This document shows, piece by piece, positions 1 through 7,223 of a DNA stretch of 21,309 nt. The notes under the pieces were generated by a model. The model was given only the letters and a program-made list of their open reading frames with translations. It did no database searches and was not told the origin of the DNA. Made by a program: the position numbers and the translations under genes. This DNA is from an uncultured virus (IMG/VR IMGVR_UViG_3300015606_001060). Lineage: Duplodnaviria > Heunggongvirae > Uroviricota > Caudoviricetes. Each line of letters opens with the position of its first letter. Position 1 is the stretch's first letter. The stretch lies in the IMG/VR virus record IMGVR_UViG_3300015606_001060; one strand, 5' to 3'.

Positions 1-51
1 TGGTGAAGGTGACGACCTGGGCGCTGCGCAAATAGCGGCACCAGAAACAAC

Positions 52-76
52 AAAGCCCGCTTGCGCGGGCTTTTTT
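52..76. terminator. Probably bidirectional intrinsic terminator at the end of the leftward operon
   Basis: AAAGCCCGC-TTGC-GCGGGCTTT inverted repeat, T-tract on + strand and A-rich flank on the other side, abutting the stop of ORF 76-444. Confidence 0.8.
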
Positions 77-444
77 CATCGGTATTCATCAGGGTAAAGG
101 CGCCGGTTCTCCGCTTCGCGCTCTTCATCCCAGCGGCGGCGAACGGCAGCGCGTGCTGCATACATGGCCTGAGACATTTCAAGCAGGCCGGGGAAATTCT
201 CGGCGCACCATTTGCCAGCCTGGCGCAGTTCTTCCGTTTCTCCATGCCTGGCGTACTCCTGCAGCATGGCCATGACTACGGCGGTATAGCGAGAGTCGAG
301 CGGCGAGAGGATTTCGCCGATGCTGTACGAGTGGACATCGTTGTAAAGCGACAGGATGCACTTGGCCAGCGCCGCCTGGCCGCTGGTGCCGTGGTTGATT
401 TTGACCAGTTCGAGGCCGGCCAGGTAGGGGTTTTGGGTGGTCAT
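76..444 (-). CDS. Hypothetical phage protein (122 aa)
   Basis: ATG preceded by GGAG (CCGGAGCAATAACC-ATG); tiles with neighbouring ORFs; ends at terminator. Confidence 0.8.
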   Translation of the reverse strand: MTTQNPYLAGLELVKINHGTSGQAALAKCILSLYNDVHSYSIGEILSPLDSRYTAVVMAMLQEYARHGETEELRQAGKWCAENFPGLLEMSQAMYAARAAVRRRWDEEREAENRRLYPDEYR

Positions 445-446
445 GG

Positions 447-662
447 TTATTGCTCCGGTTTGTAGTCGTGGCCAAAAGACTCGGCGATTTCGCGGCGCGT
501 GGCATGCAGCGGGTTGAATTGCTTTCCCATGTGCACCCAGCCGCTACCGTCATGGCAAAGGCGGCGATAAGTCCAGATGATTCCCTGCTGGCCGTTCATC
601 GTGACGCGGCTATCTGGTTCGTAGCGGATGTCGCAGCCGTTCTGAAAGGTCTTGGTTGCCAT
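447..662 (-). CDS. Hypothetical phage protein (71 aa, MATKTF...)
   Basis: Internal ATG at 662 with GAGGA upstream; fills the gap between 667-927 and 76-444. Confidence 0.7.
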   Translation of the reverse strand: MATKTFQNGCDIRYEPDSRVTMNGQQGIIWTYRRLCHDGSGWVHMGKQFNPLHATRREIAESFGHDYKPEQ

Positions 663-666
663 GGCA

Positions 667-927
667 TCAGTCCTCGTTCTCATAGACGGAGAAATTGGCC
701 GACCCAGGTTCTTCGCCCTTGTTGATGCGGCCGGCGACAGTTTTCAGATGGGCATCGACGCCTTTGAACAGTTCCGGCAGTTCGGCATCTGTCCATCCGC
801 GGGCCTTTTCGTGCTCCAGCTTGTCGCGCACGAATTCGTCGAGCGCATCGAGCACGACCTGGCGGCCGGCGAGAATGAAATCGTCCAGCGTCATGCTGTT
901 CGGCGTCTTGATGATGGGTGCTTGCAT
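667..927 (-). CDS. Hypothetical phage protein (86 aa)
   Basis: AGGAGAACAAACC-ATG ribosome binding site; operon tiling. Confidence 0.75.
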   Translation of the reverse strand: MQAPIIKTPNSMTLDDFILAGRQVVLDALDEFVRDKLEHEKARGWTDAELPELFKGVDAHLKTVAGRINKGEEPGSANFSVYENED

Positions 928-938
928 GGTTTGTTCTC

Positions 939-1133
939 CTATGTCGTGTAGGTAAGTTTAACGCCAATGCGGCCCAGTGCCTTGCACAAGGTCGGGCGCT
1001 TGATGTCGTTGGCCCGGCAGGCGTCGGCCTGCTTCTGGCCATCGACCAGCACGGCGCGCAGCGCGTTGTAGGTCTTGCTGCCGGCCTTGATGCGGGTGGC
1101 GCTAGTTAGCTGGGTGAATTGTTGTTCGGTCAT
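939..1133 (-). CDS. KorA/TrfB-like helix-turn-helix DNA-binding protein (64 aa)
   Basis: MTEQQF...ALRAVLVDGQKQADACRANDIKRPTLCKALGRI resembles the recalled IncP KorA N-terminal domain (LTESQF...ARGVLVDGKPQ...RGAVSQAVHRV); ATGA overlap with the upstream ORF. Confidence 0.65.
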   Translation of the reverse strand: MTEQQFTQLTSATRIKAGSKTYNALRAVLVDGQKQADACRANDIKRPTLCKALGRIGVKLTYTT

Positions 1134-1327
1134 TTCAGCACCTCGTTTTCCTGCAGTTCCGCCCATTGGTCGTAGTTCATCACTTCGTTGGCCATCGTGT
1201 TGATGATAAGGCGGGGCGTCTTGCGTGCGTGGATGGCAGCAAGGCGCCTGATAATGGGTTCGCACGCCTTCTGATGCTGGCGATAAATCTCGGCCAGCTG
1301 GGCGCGCAGTTCTTGCTCTTCGGTCAT
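1130..1327 (-). CDS. Hypothetical phage protein (65 aa)
   Basis: AGGAG RBS; ATGA overlaps at both ends. Confidence 0.75.
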   Translation of the reverse strand: MTEEQELRAQLAEIYRQHQKACEPIIRRLAAIHARKTPRLIINTMANEVMNYDQWAELQENEVLK

Positions 1328-1584
1328 GGCGTTTTGCTCCTGAAAAATCGGCGGTGAAACAACATGCTCGACGTGATCCCTAAAGGCCCGCCCGTGAGAT
1401 AGGCGGCTATCTCGACCGGGCCGGCGTTGGGTGCCAGCTTGAACATGACAAGGTTGCAGGCGCCGATGGCGAACGAGTTGAGAAAGGCGGCCAGGTAATG
1501 ACCGTCGCGCACGACCTGGCTCTGCAGGCCGAGGAAGAAGACCAGCACGTAGGCGCTGGCGAAGAGGGCGAGGATGTTGGTCAT
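1324..1584 (-). CDS. Small membrane protein (86 aa, about 3 hydrophobic segments)
   Basis: Hydrophobic stretches (ILALFASAYVLVFFLGL; YLAAFLNSFAIGACNLVMF; IAAYLTGGPLGI), basic C-terminus, ATGA overlaps. Confidence 0.75.
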   Translation of the reverse strand: MTNILALFASAYVLVFFLGLQSQVVRDGHYLAAFLNSFAIGACNLVMFKLAPNAGPVEIAAYLTGGPLGITSSMLFHRRFFRSKTP

Positions 1585-1844
1585 TTGTCTCGCTCTTTCA
1601 GCATGGCGTCAGCAATGTCATAACACAGCACGGCCATAACTTCACATCCCTCGATAAGAGATTCTGCTGTTTCGCCAACATTGAAATACTTGTGAAGAAT
1701 CGCATCCATGGCCTTTGCGGCGAAGTAGTCGCGGATCGTCAGGCCTTCGTGCATCGTTTCCTCTTGGTGCATCATGCCGTTCGGCGCCGTCTTGATTTTG
1801 CCCGGTATGCGGCACGGGAATGCGGGCTGGTTGTCTTTGCTCAT
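1581..1844 (-). CDS. Conserved phage protein of the PAFP...GLTIRDYFAAKAM...YDIADAML type (87 aa)
   Basis: Motif widespread in proteobacterial phage early regions; AAGGAG RBS before ATG 1844. Confidence 0.8.
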   Translation of the reverse strand: MSKDNQPAFPCRIPGKIKTAPNGMMHQEETMHEGLTIRDYFAAKAMDAILHKYFNVGETAESLIEGCEVMAVLCYDIADAMLKERDK

Positions 1845-2419
1845 TGGTGCGGCTCCTTGGCGGTGTCGAGAGAGGCGAGCGCGGCGGCCATGCGCGCCCA
1901 TAGGGCTTCGTTGTCGAACATGCCGACGTTGCCATGGTCGGCCATGTCGTATTGATGAACGGCCAGAAGCACCTCGATGCACTCGGCGATTGGCCCGGCC
2001 AGCAGGCGGCGCACCTCGCGCATTTCGGCGTTGCGGTAATGGCTATCGACATAGACGCGGATTTCGTTTTCGTGCTGGCGTCGTCCTCGCCCTGCTACAT
2101 AGGCGTGCGCTGCTTCGTAGGTGAGGAAGCAAACACCCGTGTGGCGCCAGCGGAATTCATAGCCGCAGCGCGTCCAGCCAATAGGCTCCTTTCCGTAGCG
2201 GTCGTAATAGCGTTCCAGGGCGCGGTGCTTGCGGCTGGTCGGTTCTTCTGGAAAGCGCGCCTCTTCGGAAAACCAGCCAATAGCGCCGCCGTAGTCCTCG
2301 TCGATGCCGCAAAACAGCTGGTGCTCCTGAATGCAGTAGTTCGGGCTGGCCGTGTAAGCGTTGTCCTGGGTTTGCAGTTGCTGCGCCAGGTTGCGCAGGA
2401 ATTCGATGGACTTGCTCAT
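1841..2419 (-). CDS. Conserved phage early protein, possibly Ead/Ea22-like (192 aa)
   Basis: LQTQDNxxTAxP and RVYVDSHYRNAEM motifs; start at 2419 overlaps the upstream stop (ATGA). Confidence 0.7.
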   Translation of the reverse strand: MSKSIEFLRNLAQQLQTQDNAYTASPNYCIQEHQLFCGIDEDYGGAIGWFSEEARFPEEPTSRKHRALERYYDRYGKEPIGWTRCGYEFRWRHTGVCFLTYEAAHAYVAGRGRRQHENEIRVYVDSHYRNAEMREVRRLLAGPIAECIEVLLAVHQYDMADHGNVGMFDNEALWARMAAALASLDTAKEPHQ

Positions 2420-2670
2420 TGCGACATCGCCCGGTAGGTTTCGCCGTCTTCGTAGCGGATGCCGCGCTTGCCGTCCCACATCGGGCCGTACAGGCCATCG
2501 AAGACCGGCGCGCCCTGCAGTTCGGTGCGGTGGCGCGGGTTGAAGTTGTCGCGCTGGTACTTGAATCCTCGGGCCTCGATGGCGGCGCGGCAGTCGTCGG
2601 TGGTCAGGTCGGTCACGGTCGCCTCAATGCGGCCGGCGACCATCTGGTAAAGGGTTACGGGTTGTGCCAT
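2416..2670 (-). CDS. Hypothetical phage protein (84 aa, MAQPVT...)
   Basis: CTAGGAG RBS before ATG 2670. Confidence 0.75.
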   Translation of the reverse strand: MAQPVTLYQMVAGRIEATVTDLTTDDCRAAIEARGFKYQRDNFNPRHRTELQGAPVFDGLYGPMWDGKRGIRYEDGETYRAMSQ

Positions 2671-2743
2671 GGGGAAATCTCCTAGTGTTGTCGGGCTTGG
2701 CGCCTCGTTGGGCTGCCCTCGGTGAAGGCAGCCGGGCGAAGAG

Positions 2744-3034
2744 TCAGCGTTTGGCGCGTTGTTGGCGTATATGGCTGGCGACGACTTGGCGGGCGTGCTT
2801 CGCTTCGTCGTCGCGGTAGCCTGGGAGGCTGCGAAAGCGGATGCAGCAGACGCCAAGCATCTTGGCAGCGGCCCATGTCTTGCACTGGGTCAGATATACA
2901 GGCCGGTTTAGCCATTGCTCGAAGGTTAGCGCGCTGTCGCGGTAGCTGTGTGCTCGACGGGTCGATATGGGCTGTGTGTTGGCATCGGCCAGCACGTTAT
3001 TCAGGCCTTCGTGGTGGGCGGTGGCGAGGTTCAT
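2744..3034 (-). CDS. Hypothetical phage protein (96 aa)
   Basis: GGAGG RBS; ATGA overlap with 3031-3282. Confidence 0.65.
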   Translation of the reverse strand: MNLATAHHEGLNNVLADANTQPISTRRAHSYRDSALTFEQWLNRPVYLTQCKTWAAAKMLGVCCIRFRSLPGYRDDEAKHARQVVASHIRQQRAKR

Positions 3035-3282
3035 TTGCGTTCGTCCTCCGCTATGTTGTAGTGAATGCCGTTGATGCCGTAGGTGCGCTCGAATTCGTGC
3101 GCGCCTTCTTCGTTGGGTTCATGGCCACGCCAGCAATAAGCAGCGCAGCAGTCGCCCAGGCCGTGCCCGGTGTCTTGGTTGTGCCATTGCCGGCCTTTGT
3201 AATACTGGCCGCAGCAGGTGCAGCGCATGCCGCGGATGGGCTTCTTGCGCTCGATGTCGTGCTTGTCGATGACTTTGGCCAT
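3031..3282 (-). CDS. Small Cys-rich, putatively metal-binding protein (83 aa)
   Basis: CTCCG...QWHNQDTGHGLGDCC; GAGGA RBS. Confidence 0.7.
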   Translation of the reverse strand: MAKVIDKHDIERKKPIRGMRCTCCGQYYKGRQWHNQDTGHGLGDCCAAYCWRGHEPNEEGAHEFERTYGINGIHYNIAEDERK

Positions 3283-3293
3283 GCTGTCCTCGC

Positions 3294-3692
3294 TCAGAAA
3301 TGGGGGTCGATATAGTGGTTGCGCTCGCCGATGCGCAGGCCGTAGCCGTCGCTCTTGTTCCAGCGCTGCGTTTCCTCATTGAAGAAGATTTGTTCCCACA
3401 TGCCGCGCTTGTTCTGGCGGAAGTGGTAGGGCATGGCGCTGGTGTCACGCTCGAAGATGTATGCCTGGCACTCGCTCAAGCCGTTCTTGTCGGTGCGGGT
3501 GGCGATGTCGCGCGTAACCTCGATGCGAGTGACCTTGCCGCCGTTCAGGGTGATGCCGGTGATGGTGCCGGCGTAGCGATCAGTCCAGGCGAGCAGGGTG
3601 GCGCCCATGCCAGGCTTCGGGGATGGCTGTCCGATGACGGCGCGGGAAACCAGGTGGTTGTTGATGCTGGCGGTTTGTTTGCCGAGTTGCAT
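3294..3692 (-). CDS. Hypothetical phage protein (132 aa)
   Basis: CTAGGAG RBS; GMGAT...WTDRYAGTI and C-terminal YIDPHF pattern seen in phage proteins. Confidence 0.8.
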   Translation of the reverse strand: MQLGKQTASINNHLVSRAVIGQPSPKPGMGATLLAWTDRYAGTITGITLNGGKVTRIEVTRDIATRTDKNGLSECQAYIFERDTSAMPYHFRQNKRGMWEQIFFNEETQRWNKSDGYGLRIGERNHYIDPHF

Positions 3693-3721
3693 GAAAGGCT
3701 CCTAGTTTGTTGTGGTGTTGG

Positions 3722-3985
3722 TTACGGGCGGTTGGTGGTGCGCTGGCAGTGTCCGATGCAGTGGCGGGCGTTGTCGTGGCCATTGAAAAACGCCTTGACT
3801 GAACCCGTCGGCAGTTCTTCGGGTGCATCCATGCCGGCGCCGCTTTCACGAGCCTGTATCGGGTCAGCCAGAGCGTCCTCGACGCATGCGACTGCCGATA
3901 CAGTCATGGTGCCGCCTGGAAAACTGGGGAATTGAAGGCCGTGCGTTCTTCGCATGTTGGCCGGTCGTATTTCGTGGGTGGTCAT
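3722..3985 (-). CDS. Hypothetical phage protein (87 aa)
   Basis: AGGAGAGCACAAC-ATG RBS. Confidence 0.6.
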   Translation of the reverse strand: MTTHEIRPANMRRTHGLQFPSFPGGTMTVSAVACVEDALADPIQARESGAGMDAPEELPTGSVKAFFNGHDNARHCIGHCQRTTNRP

Positions 3986-4041
3986 GTTGTGCTCTCCTGG
4001 GTAATCCAGTGGGGCGCCCTCCTTGAAGGCGCCCGGCTTGA

Positions 4042-4236
4042 TTACTTCGGGGTGGCGACGATGCAGAGATGGCCGCCGATGCGCTTGCCGGTCAGGCGGT
4101 TGTTCTGCTGCAGCCTGGCGTTCATTTCGTCGCTGACGTTGGCCAGGGGTGCGGCAATCGATGCCGGCCGGGCGGGCTGCAGCGTCTTGAACGCGATTCC
4201 GGCCAGGAAGGCCGCGGGGTTGTCGAAGCGGCGCAT
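4042..4236 (-). CDS. Hypothetical phage protein (64 aa)
   Basis: GGAGG RBS; operon tiling. Confidence 0.65.
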   Translation of the reverse strand: MRRFDNPAAFLAGIAFKTLQPARPASIAAPLANVSDEMNARLQQNNRLTGKRIGGHLCIVATPK

Positions 4237-4239
4237 GGC

Positions 4240-4434
4240 TTAACCCTCCGTGAAGTTGCAGCTGCCGACCTTGTTGCCACTGAAGTCGCGCAGGGTGGTC
4301 GGTGCGCTGCGCATGGTGCGCAGTTCGAGTGCGACCTTTTCGAGAATGCGGGCCACTTCGTCGCAGGCTGTGAACTGGTCTTCGCCGAATGACGGGTGAT
4401 TGCAGTCAATCTCAAGTTTGAAGGCGAGGCCCAT
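4240..4434 (-). CDS. Hypothetical phage protein (64 aa)
   Basis: GGAGG RBS; EVARILE...LRDFSGNKVG motif common in small phage proteins. Confidence 0.75.
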   Translation of the reverse strand: MGLAFKLEIDCNHPSFGEDQFTACDEVARILEKVALELRTMRSAPTTLRDFSGNKVGSCNFTEG

Positions 4435-4436
4435 GG

Positions 4437-4577
4437 TTACGCCCTCCGCGTGGCAAGCAGTTGAATGGCCTCCTGAAGCGTCCAGCCGGCTGCGTAAAGG
4501 GTGGAGGCGGCCAGGCGGGTGCCGGCCACGTTCTGAAGCGCAAGGGCGCGCTCCTTGTCAATTTGCTTTTGGAACAT
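4437..4577 (-). CDS. Hypothetical small protein (46 aa, MFQKQI...)
   Basis: CTAGGAG RBS before ATG 4577. Confidence 0.65.
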   Translation of the reverse strand: MFQKQIDKERALALQNVAGTRLAASTLYAAGWTLQEAIQLLATRRA

Positions 4578-4653
4578 GGTTGAAACTCCTAGTCTGTTGT
4601 GTTCGGGTCTAATCGCCCGTGATGGCCCTCTGTCACAGGGCCATGGCTGGCGG

Positions 4654-4878
4654 TTACTTGGGGCGGCTGAAGCTGCGCGGCATGTCCCAGCCACTGCCGG
4701 CGTAGGGATACCAGTAGGTACTGCCGGCTGGCATGGCTTCGGGGGCATCGAGGCATCCGCCAGCAATGCCGAAATAGCGAGTGCCGTGCGGGTCGTCCAG
4801 GCGCTCGTTAAAGATGTGCTCGGCGTATTGGCCAGCATTGCCGCCTATCGGGTGGTGCATGTGATCAGATGTCAGCAT
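4654..4878 (-). CDS. Hypothetical phage protein (74 aa)
   Basis: GAGGAAGAC-ATG RBS; stop lies at the base of the intergenic hairpin. Confidence 0.6.
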   Translation of the reverse strand: MLTSDHMHHPIGGNAGQYAEHIFNERLDDPHGTRYFGIAGGCLDAPEAMPAGSTYWYPYAGSGWDMPRSFSRPK

Positions 4879-4887
4879 GTCTTCCTC

Positions 4888-5049
4888 TTACTTGTTGAGT
4901 GTGTTGAGCATCATGGGCATGTCTTCAGCGTGGAAAATCCCGCAGTAGCATTCATAGCCACAGACGAAGCGCACCAGGGATATGTCGGCCATGCCATACG
5001 GGCCGCTTGTGTTCAGATCGAAAGCCATGCGGATGAATTCTGGGTTCAT
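4888..5049 (-). CDS. Hypothetical small protein (53 aa, MNPEFIRMAF...), below the ORF-track cutoff
   Basis: Translated by hand; GGAGG upstream; exactly fills the gap between neighbouring ORFs. Confidence 0.6.
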   Translation of the reverse strand: MNPEFIRMAFDLNTSGPYGMADISLVRFVCGYECYCGIFHAEDMPMMLNTLNK

Positions 5050-5051
5050 GG

Positions 5052-5288
5052 CTAGATAACCTCCGCGGCGCGGCGCATAAGTTCGGCTCGCTTTGTCAGG
5101 CGCTCGGCCTTCGCTTCAAGCTCGGCCGCGGTTTGCAGCAGGGATTCCGATGCGCTGCGGCCAGGTTCAAGGCGAACGTCCATCGTGCCGCGCTGGTGTG
5201 ATATGCAGGCATAGGCGTATTGCGCGCCTACCAGCGTCCGAACGGTCAGGCCGTTCCCGGCTTTCAGTGCGATTCTTTCGGTTGTCAT
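5052..5288 (-). CDS. Hypothetical phage protein (78 aa)
   Basis: GAGGA RBS; operon tiling. Confidence 0.7.
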   Translation of the reverse strand: MTTERIALKAGNGLTVRTLVGAQYAYACISHQRGTMDVRLEPGRSASESLLQTAAELEAKAERLTKRAELMRRAAEVI

Positions 5289-5467
5289 AGCATCCTCACG
5301 TTGAGCGCGTTGTAGTGGCGCATGCTGCCGCCGTTGAAGGTTCTGGCCATCTCGTCAGCGTGCTCTCGCACCCATTGGAGAGGCTTGGCTACCTCGATTT
5401 CAAAAACGTGCATCACGCTGCAGCCCGCGGGGGCTGGCGTGATGACGGTCAATTCATAGCGGGCCAT
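5285..5467 (-). CDS. Hypothetical phage protein (60 aa, MARYEL...)
   Basis: GGAGCAAAACC-ATG RBS at 5467. Confidence 0.65.
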   Translation of the reverse strand: MARYELTVITPAPAGCSVMHVFEIEVAKPLQWVREHADEMARTFNGGSMRHYNALNVRML

Positions 5468-5663
5468 GGTTTTGCTCCAAGATGTGCGCAAAGTCACGCG
5501 CTCGGTTGTTGCTGCAAAAGGCCTGCGCTTGCGCCAGCGTATAAACCGGCTGGGTGACAGGGGCGGCCCGAAATGTTCCTTTCTTGCGATTGCCGGTGCA
5601 GACATCGACGCGCCAGCCCTTGTTGCCTTCGGCCAGTGCCGGCGCTAGGTGAATGGTTGCCAT
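5454..5663 (-). CDS. Hypothetical phage protein (69 aa, MATIHL...)
   Basis: AAGGAGG RBS; TAATG overlap with the upstream gene. Confidence 0.7.
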   Translation of the reverse strand: MATIHLAPALAEGNKGWRVDVCTGNRKKGTFRAAPVTQPVYTLAQAQAFCSNNRARDFAHILEQNHGPL

Positions 5664-5920
5664 TACGCTGCCCTCCTTTGTTTGTTGATCAGCTTGAAGC
5701 ACATTTCAGCGACCTGGGCGACGCAGCGGCCGGCGAGGTTGGCGCGGTTGGCTTCGTTCAGTGCGTCATAGACGGCCACGATGGCCGAGGCGGTGAAGGC
5801 ATCAACAAAAACCTCGTTGATTTTCATCGGGCCTTCGGTGGCGATGCGTCGGCAGGCCTCGATACCTTCGATGCCGATGGGCTTGAGGCGCTGGGCCTCG
5901 ATGTGTTGGCGCTTGGTCAT
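5663..5920 (-). CDS. Hypothetical phage protein (85 aa)
   Basis: AAGGAG RBS; VDAFTASAIVAVYDALNEAN motif. Confidence 0.75.
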   Translation of the reverse strand: MTKRQHIEAQRLKPIGIEGIEACRRIATEGPMKINEVFVDAFTASAIVAVYDALNEANRANLAGRCVAQVAEMCFKLINKQRRAA

Positions 5921-5922
5921 GG

Positions 5923-6153
5923 CTATAGCTCCTTTGCTTCTATTGCACGGGCGTCGGCGACATCTTTGTGTGCGCCAGAATGGGCGTGCGGCATGCTCGC
6001 GTAGTGCATAACGTGGTCAATCAGCTTGCCAAGCATGGCGCGCTGCTGCTCGATGGTTTCGACAAAGGCCTTGACTTCGGCCGGGGAGAATTCGCCGCCA
6101 CCGACATGCACCGTTTCACGGTTGAATGCGGCGGCCTTCAGGTTAGCCAGCAT
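5923..6153 (-). CDS. Hypothetical phage protein (76 aa)
   Basis: CTAGGAG RBS. Confidence 0.75.
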   Translation of the reverse strand: MLANLKAAAFNRETVHVGGGEFSPAEVKAFVETIEQQRAMLGKLIDHVMHYASMPHAHSGAHKDVADARAIEAKEL

Positions 6154-6230
6154 GATTTAGCTCCTAGTAAGTTGTGTGACTCGGGTCTGATTGCCCGTCA
6201 CTGCAGCCAGGTGGCCGCAGTAGCTGGAAA

Positions 6231-6551
6231 TCAGCAAACTACGTGACAGGTGACTTGCACCAGATATTCGCGGCGCTTGGTGTGCTTGATGCGCCAGACG
6301 CTCGCCGATACGTGGCCGCAGCAGTCGTGCGCGCAGTGGCATCGGCGATTGAATACCCTGTTCAGGGCTTCGGCGACTTCGGCCGGGTCTTTGCTCTTGA
6401 CTGCCATCAAGTAGCTATCCGTCCAGTATTCTCCGTAGCCGTATGCCTCCGGGTCGCCATAGTCGCGGCCCAGCTTCTTCAGCTGCGCCACCGGGATACG
6501 CTTCTCTTCCTCGGTGGCTTCGTTGTAGGTGTAGGCGTTGTACCAGTCCAT
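6231..6551 (-). CDS. Hypothetical protein with CxCxHDCCGH motif, putatively Zn-binding (106 aa)
   Basis: RRCHCAHDCCGH; AGGAG RBS. Confidence 0.75.
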   Translation of the reverse strand: MDWYNAYTYNEATEEEKRIPVAQLKKLGRDYGDPEAYGYGEYWTDSYLMAVKSKDPAEVAEALNRVFNRRCHCAHDCCGHVSASVWRIKHTKRREYLVQVTCHVVC

Positions 6552-6553
6552 GA

Positions 6554-6769
6554 TTAGCTCCTGTTGGCCAGCCGATTGGCTTCCATGCGCTGCGCGCTGG
6601 GTAGTCTGTCGGCGATTTCGGTGTCGGTCAGGTCGTCCAGCGCCACCAGGCAGGTTCCGCCACGGCAGACCAGGATTGTTTTCGTGCCGTCAGGAAACTT
6701 GCCTTTGTAATCCTTGTGGGTGTGCCGGTAGATCAGCTTCAGTGCTGCCTTGCGTTCTTCGGGGGTCAT
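6554..6769 (-). CDS. Hypothetical phage protein (71 aa)
   Basis: CCGGAGCACAAC-ATG RBS. Confidence 0.75.
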   Translation of the reverse strand: MTPEERKAALKLIYRHTHKDYKGKFPDGTKTILVCRGGTCLVALDDLTDTEIADRLPSAQRMEANRLANRS

Positions 6770-6781
6770 GTTGTGCTCCGG

Positions 6782-6967
6782 TTAGTAGTCTTGAAGTGGG
6801 TTGTAGTCGGGTTCGATTTCCTGCCACATCGGGCAAGGGCACCAGCCCTGTTCCGTTTCGACTTCGATGAATCGGCCGCGCTCGCGGGAGTGGCCTGTCG
6901 AGTAGCGGATGATTTCGCCGGCTGCCTTCATTTGCTCGGCCATGGCTTGAGCTTGCTGAAAAGTCAT
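6782..6967 (-). CDS. First gene of the leftward operon, hypothetical (61 aa)
   Basis: CCGGAGCACGCA-ATG RBS. Confidence 0.7.
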   Translation of the reverse strand: MTFQQAQAMAEQMKAAGEIIRYSTGHSRERGRFIEVETEQGWCPCPMWQEIEPDYNPLQDY

Positions 6968-7197
6968 TGCGTGCTCCGGTTGAGTGAATCCAGCTGGCCC
7001 GGCCTGTTGCCAAGCGGGCCAAGTTGATTAGCTCGGGTAGTGCGGGGTGTTGTCGCAGGGGCTGCCTGCACTTCTCGGCCTTGTCGGCCCTACGCCTCTC
7101 GGCGTCAGTCATAGGGTCATCCACGCTTGCGGGTACAGAGCGACGTACTAACGTCGTTGTAGGTGGTGGCCGCTATTGGGTGGTGTTACTTTCTGTT

Positions 7198-7209
7198 TGT
7201 TAAAGAGCA
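7198..7209 (-). promoter_or_regulatory. boxA antitermination element (rrn-type consensus TGCTCTTTAACA)
   Basis: Reverse complement of TGTTAAAGAGCA is a 12/12 match, immediately downstream of the predicted leftward promoter. Confidence 0.75.
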
Positions 7210-7223
7210 TTTACTACGCTTCC

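Noticed and set aside
1..35. Possible 3' end of a + strand gene (...VKVTTWALRK*) converging on the terminator
   Set aside because: Only about 11 codons visible; too short to support a call
2702..7029. Intergenic hairpins as integron attC sites or intrinsic terminators
   Set aside because: No consistent RYYYAAC/GTTRRRY core sites, no U-tracts, and no integrase in the window
6690..7124. 144-aa minus-strand ORF
   Set aside because: Overlaps two better-supported ORFs that have clear RBSs, crosses the hairpin and leader region, and has no evident RBS
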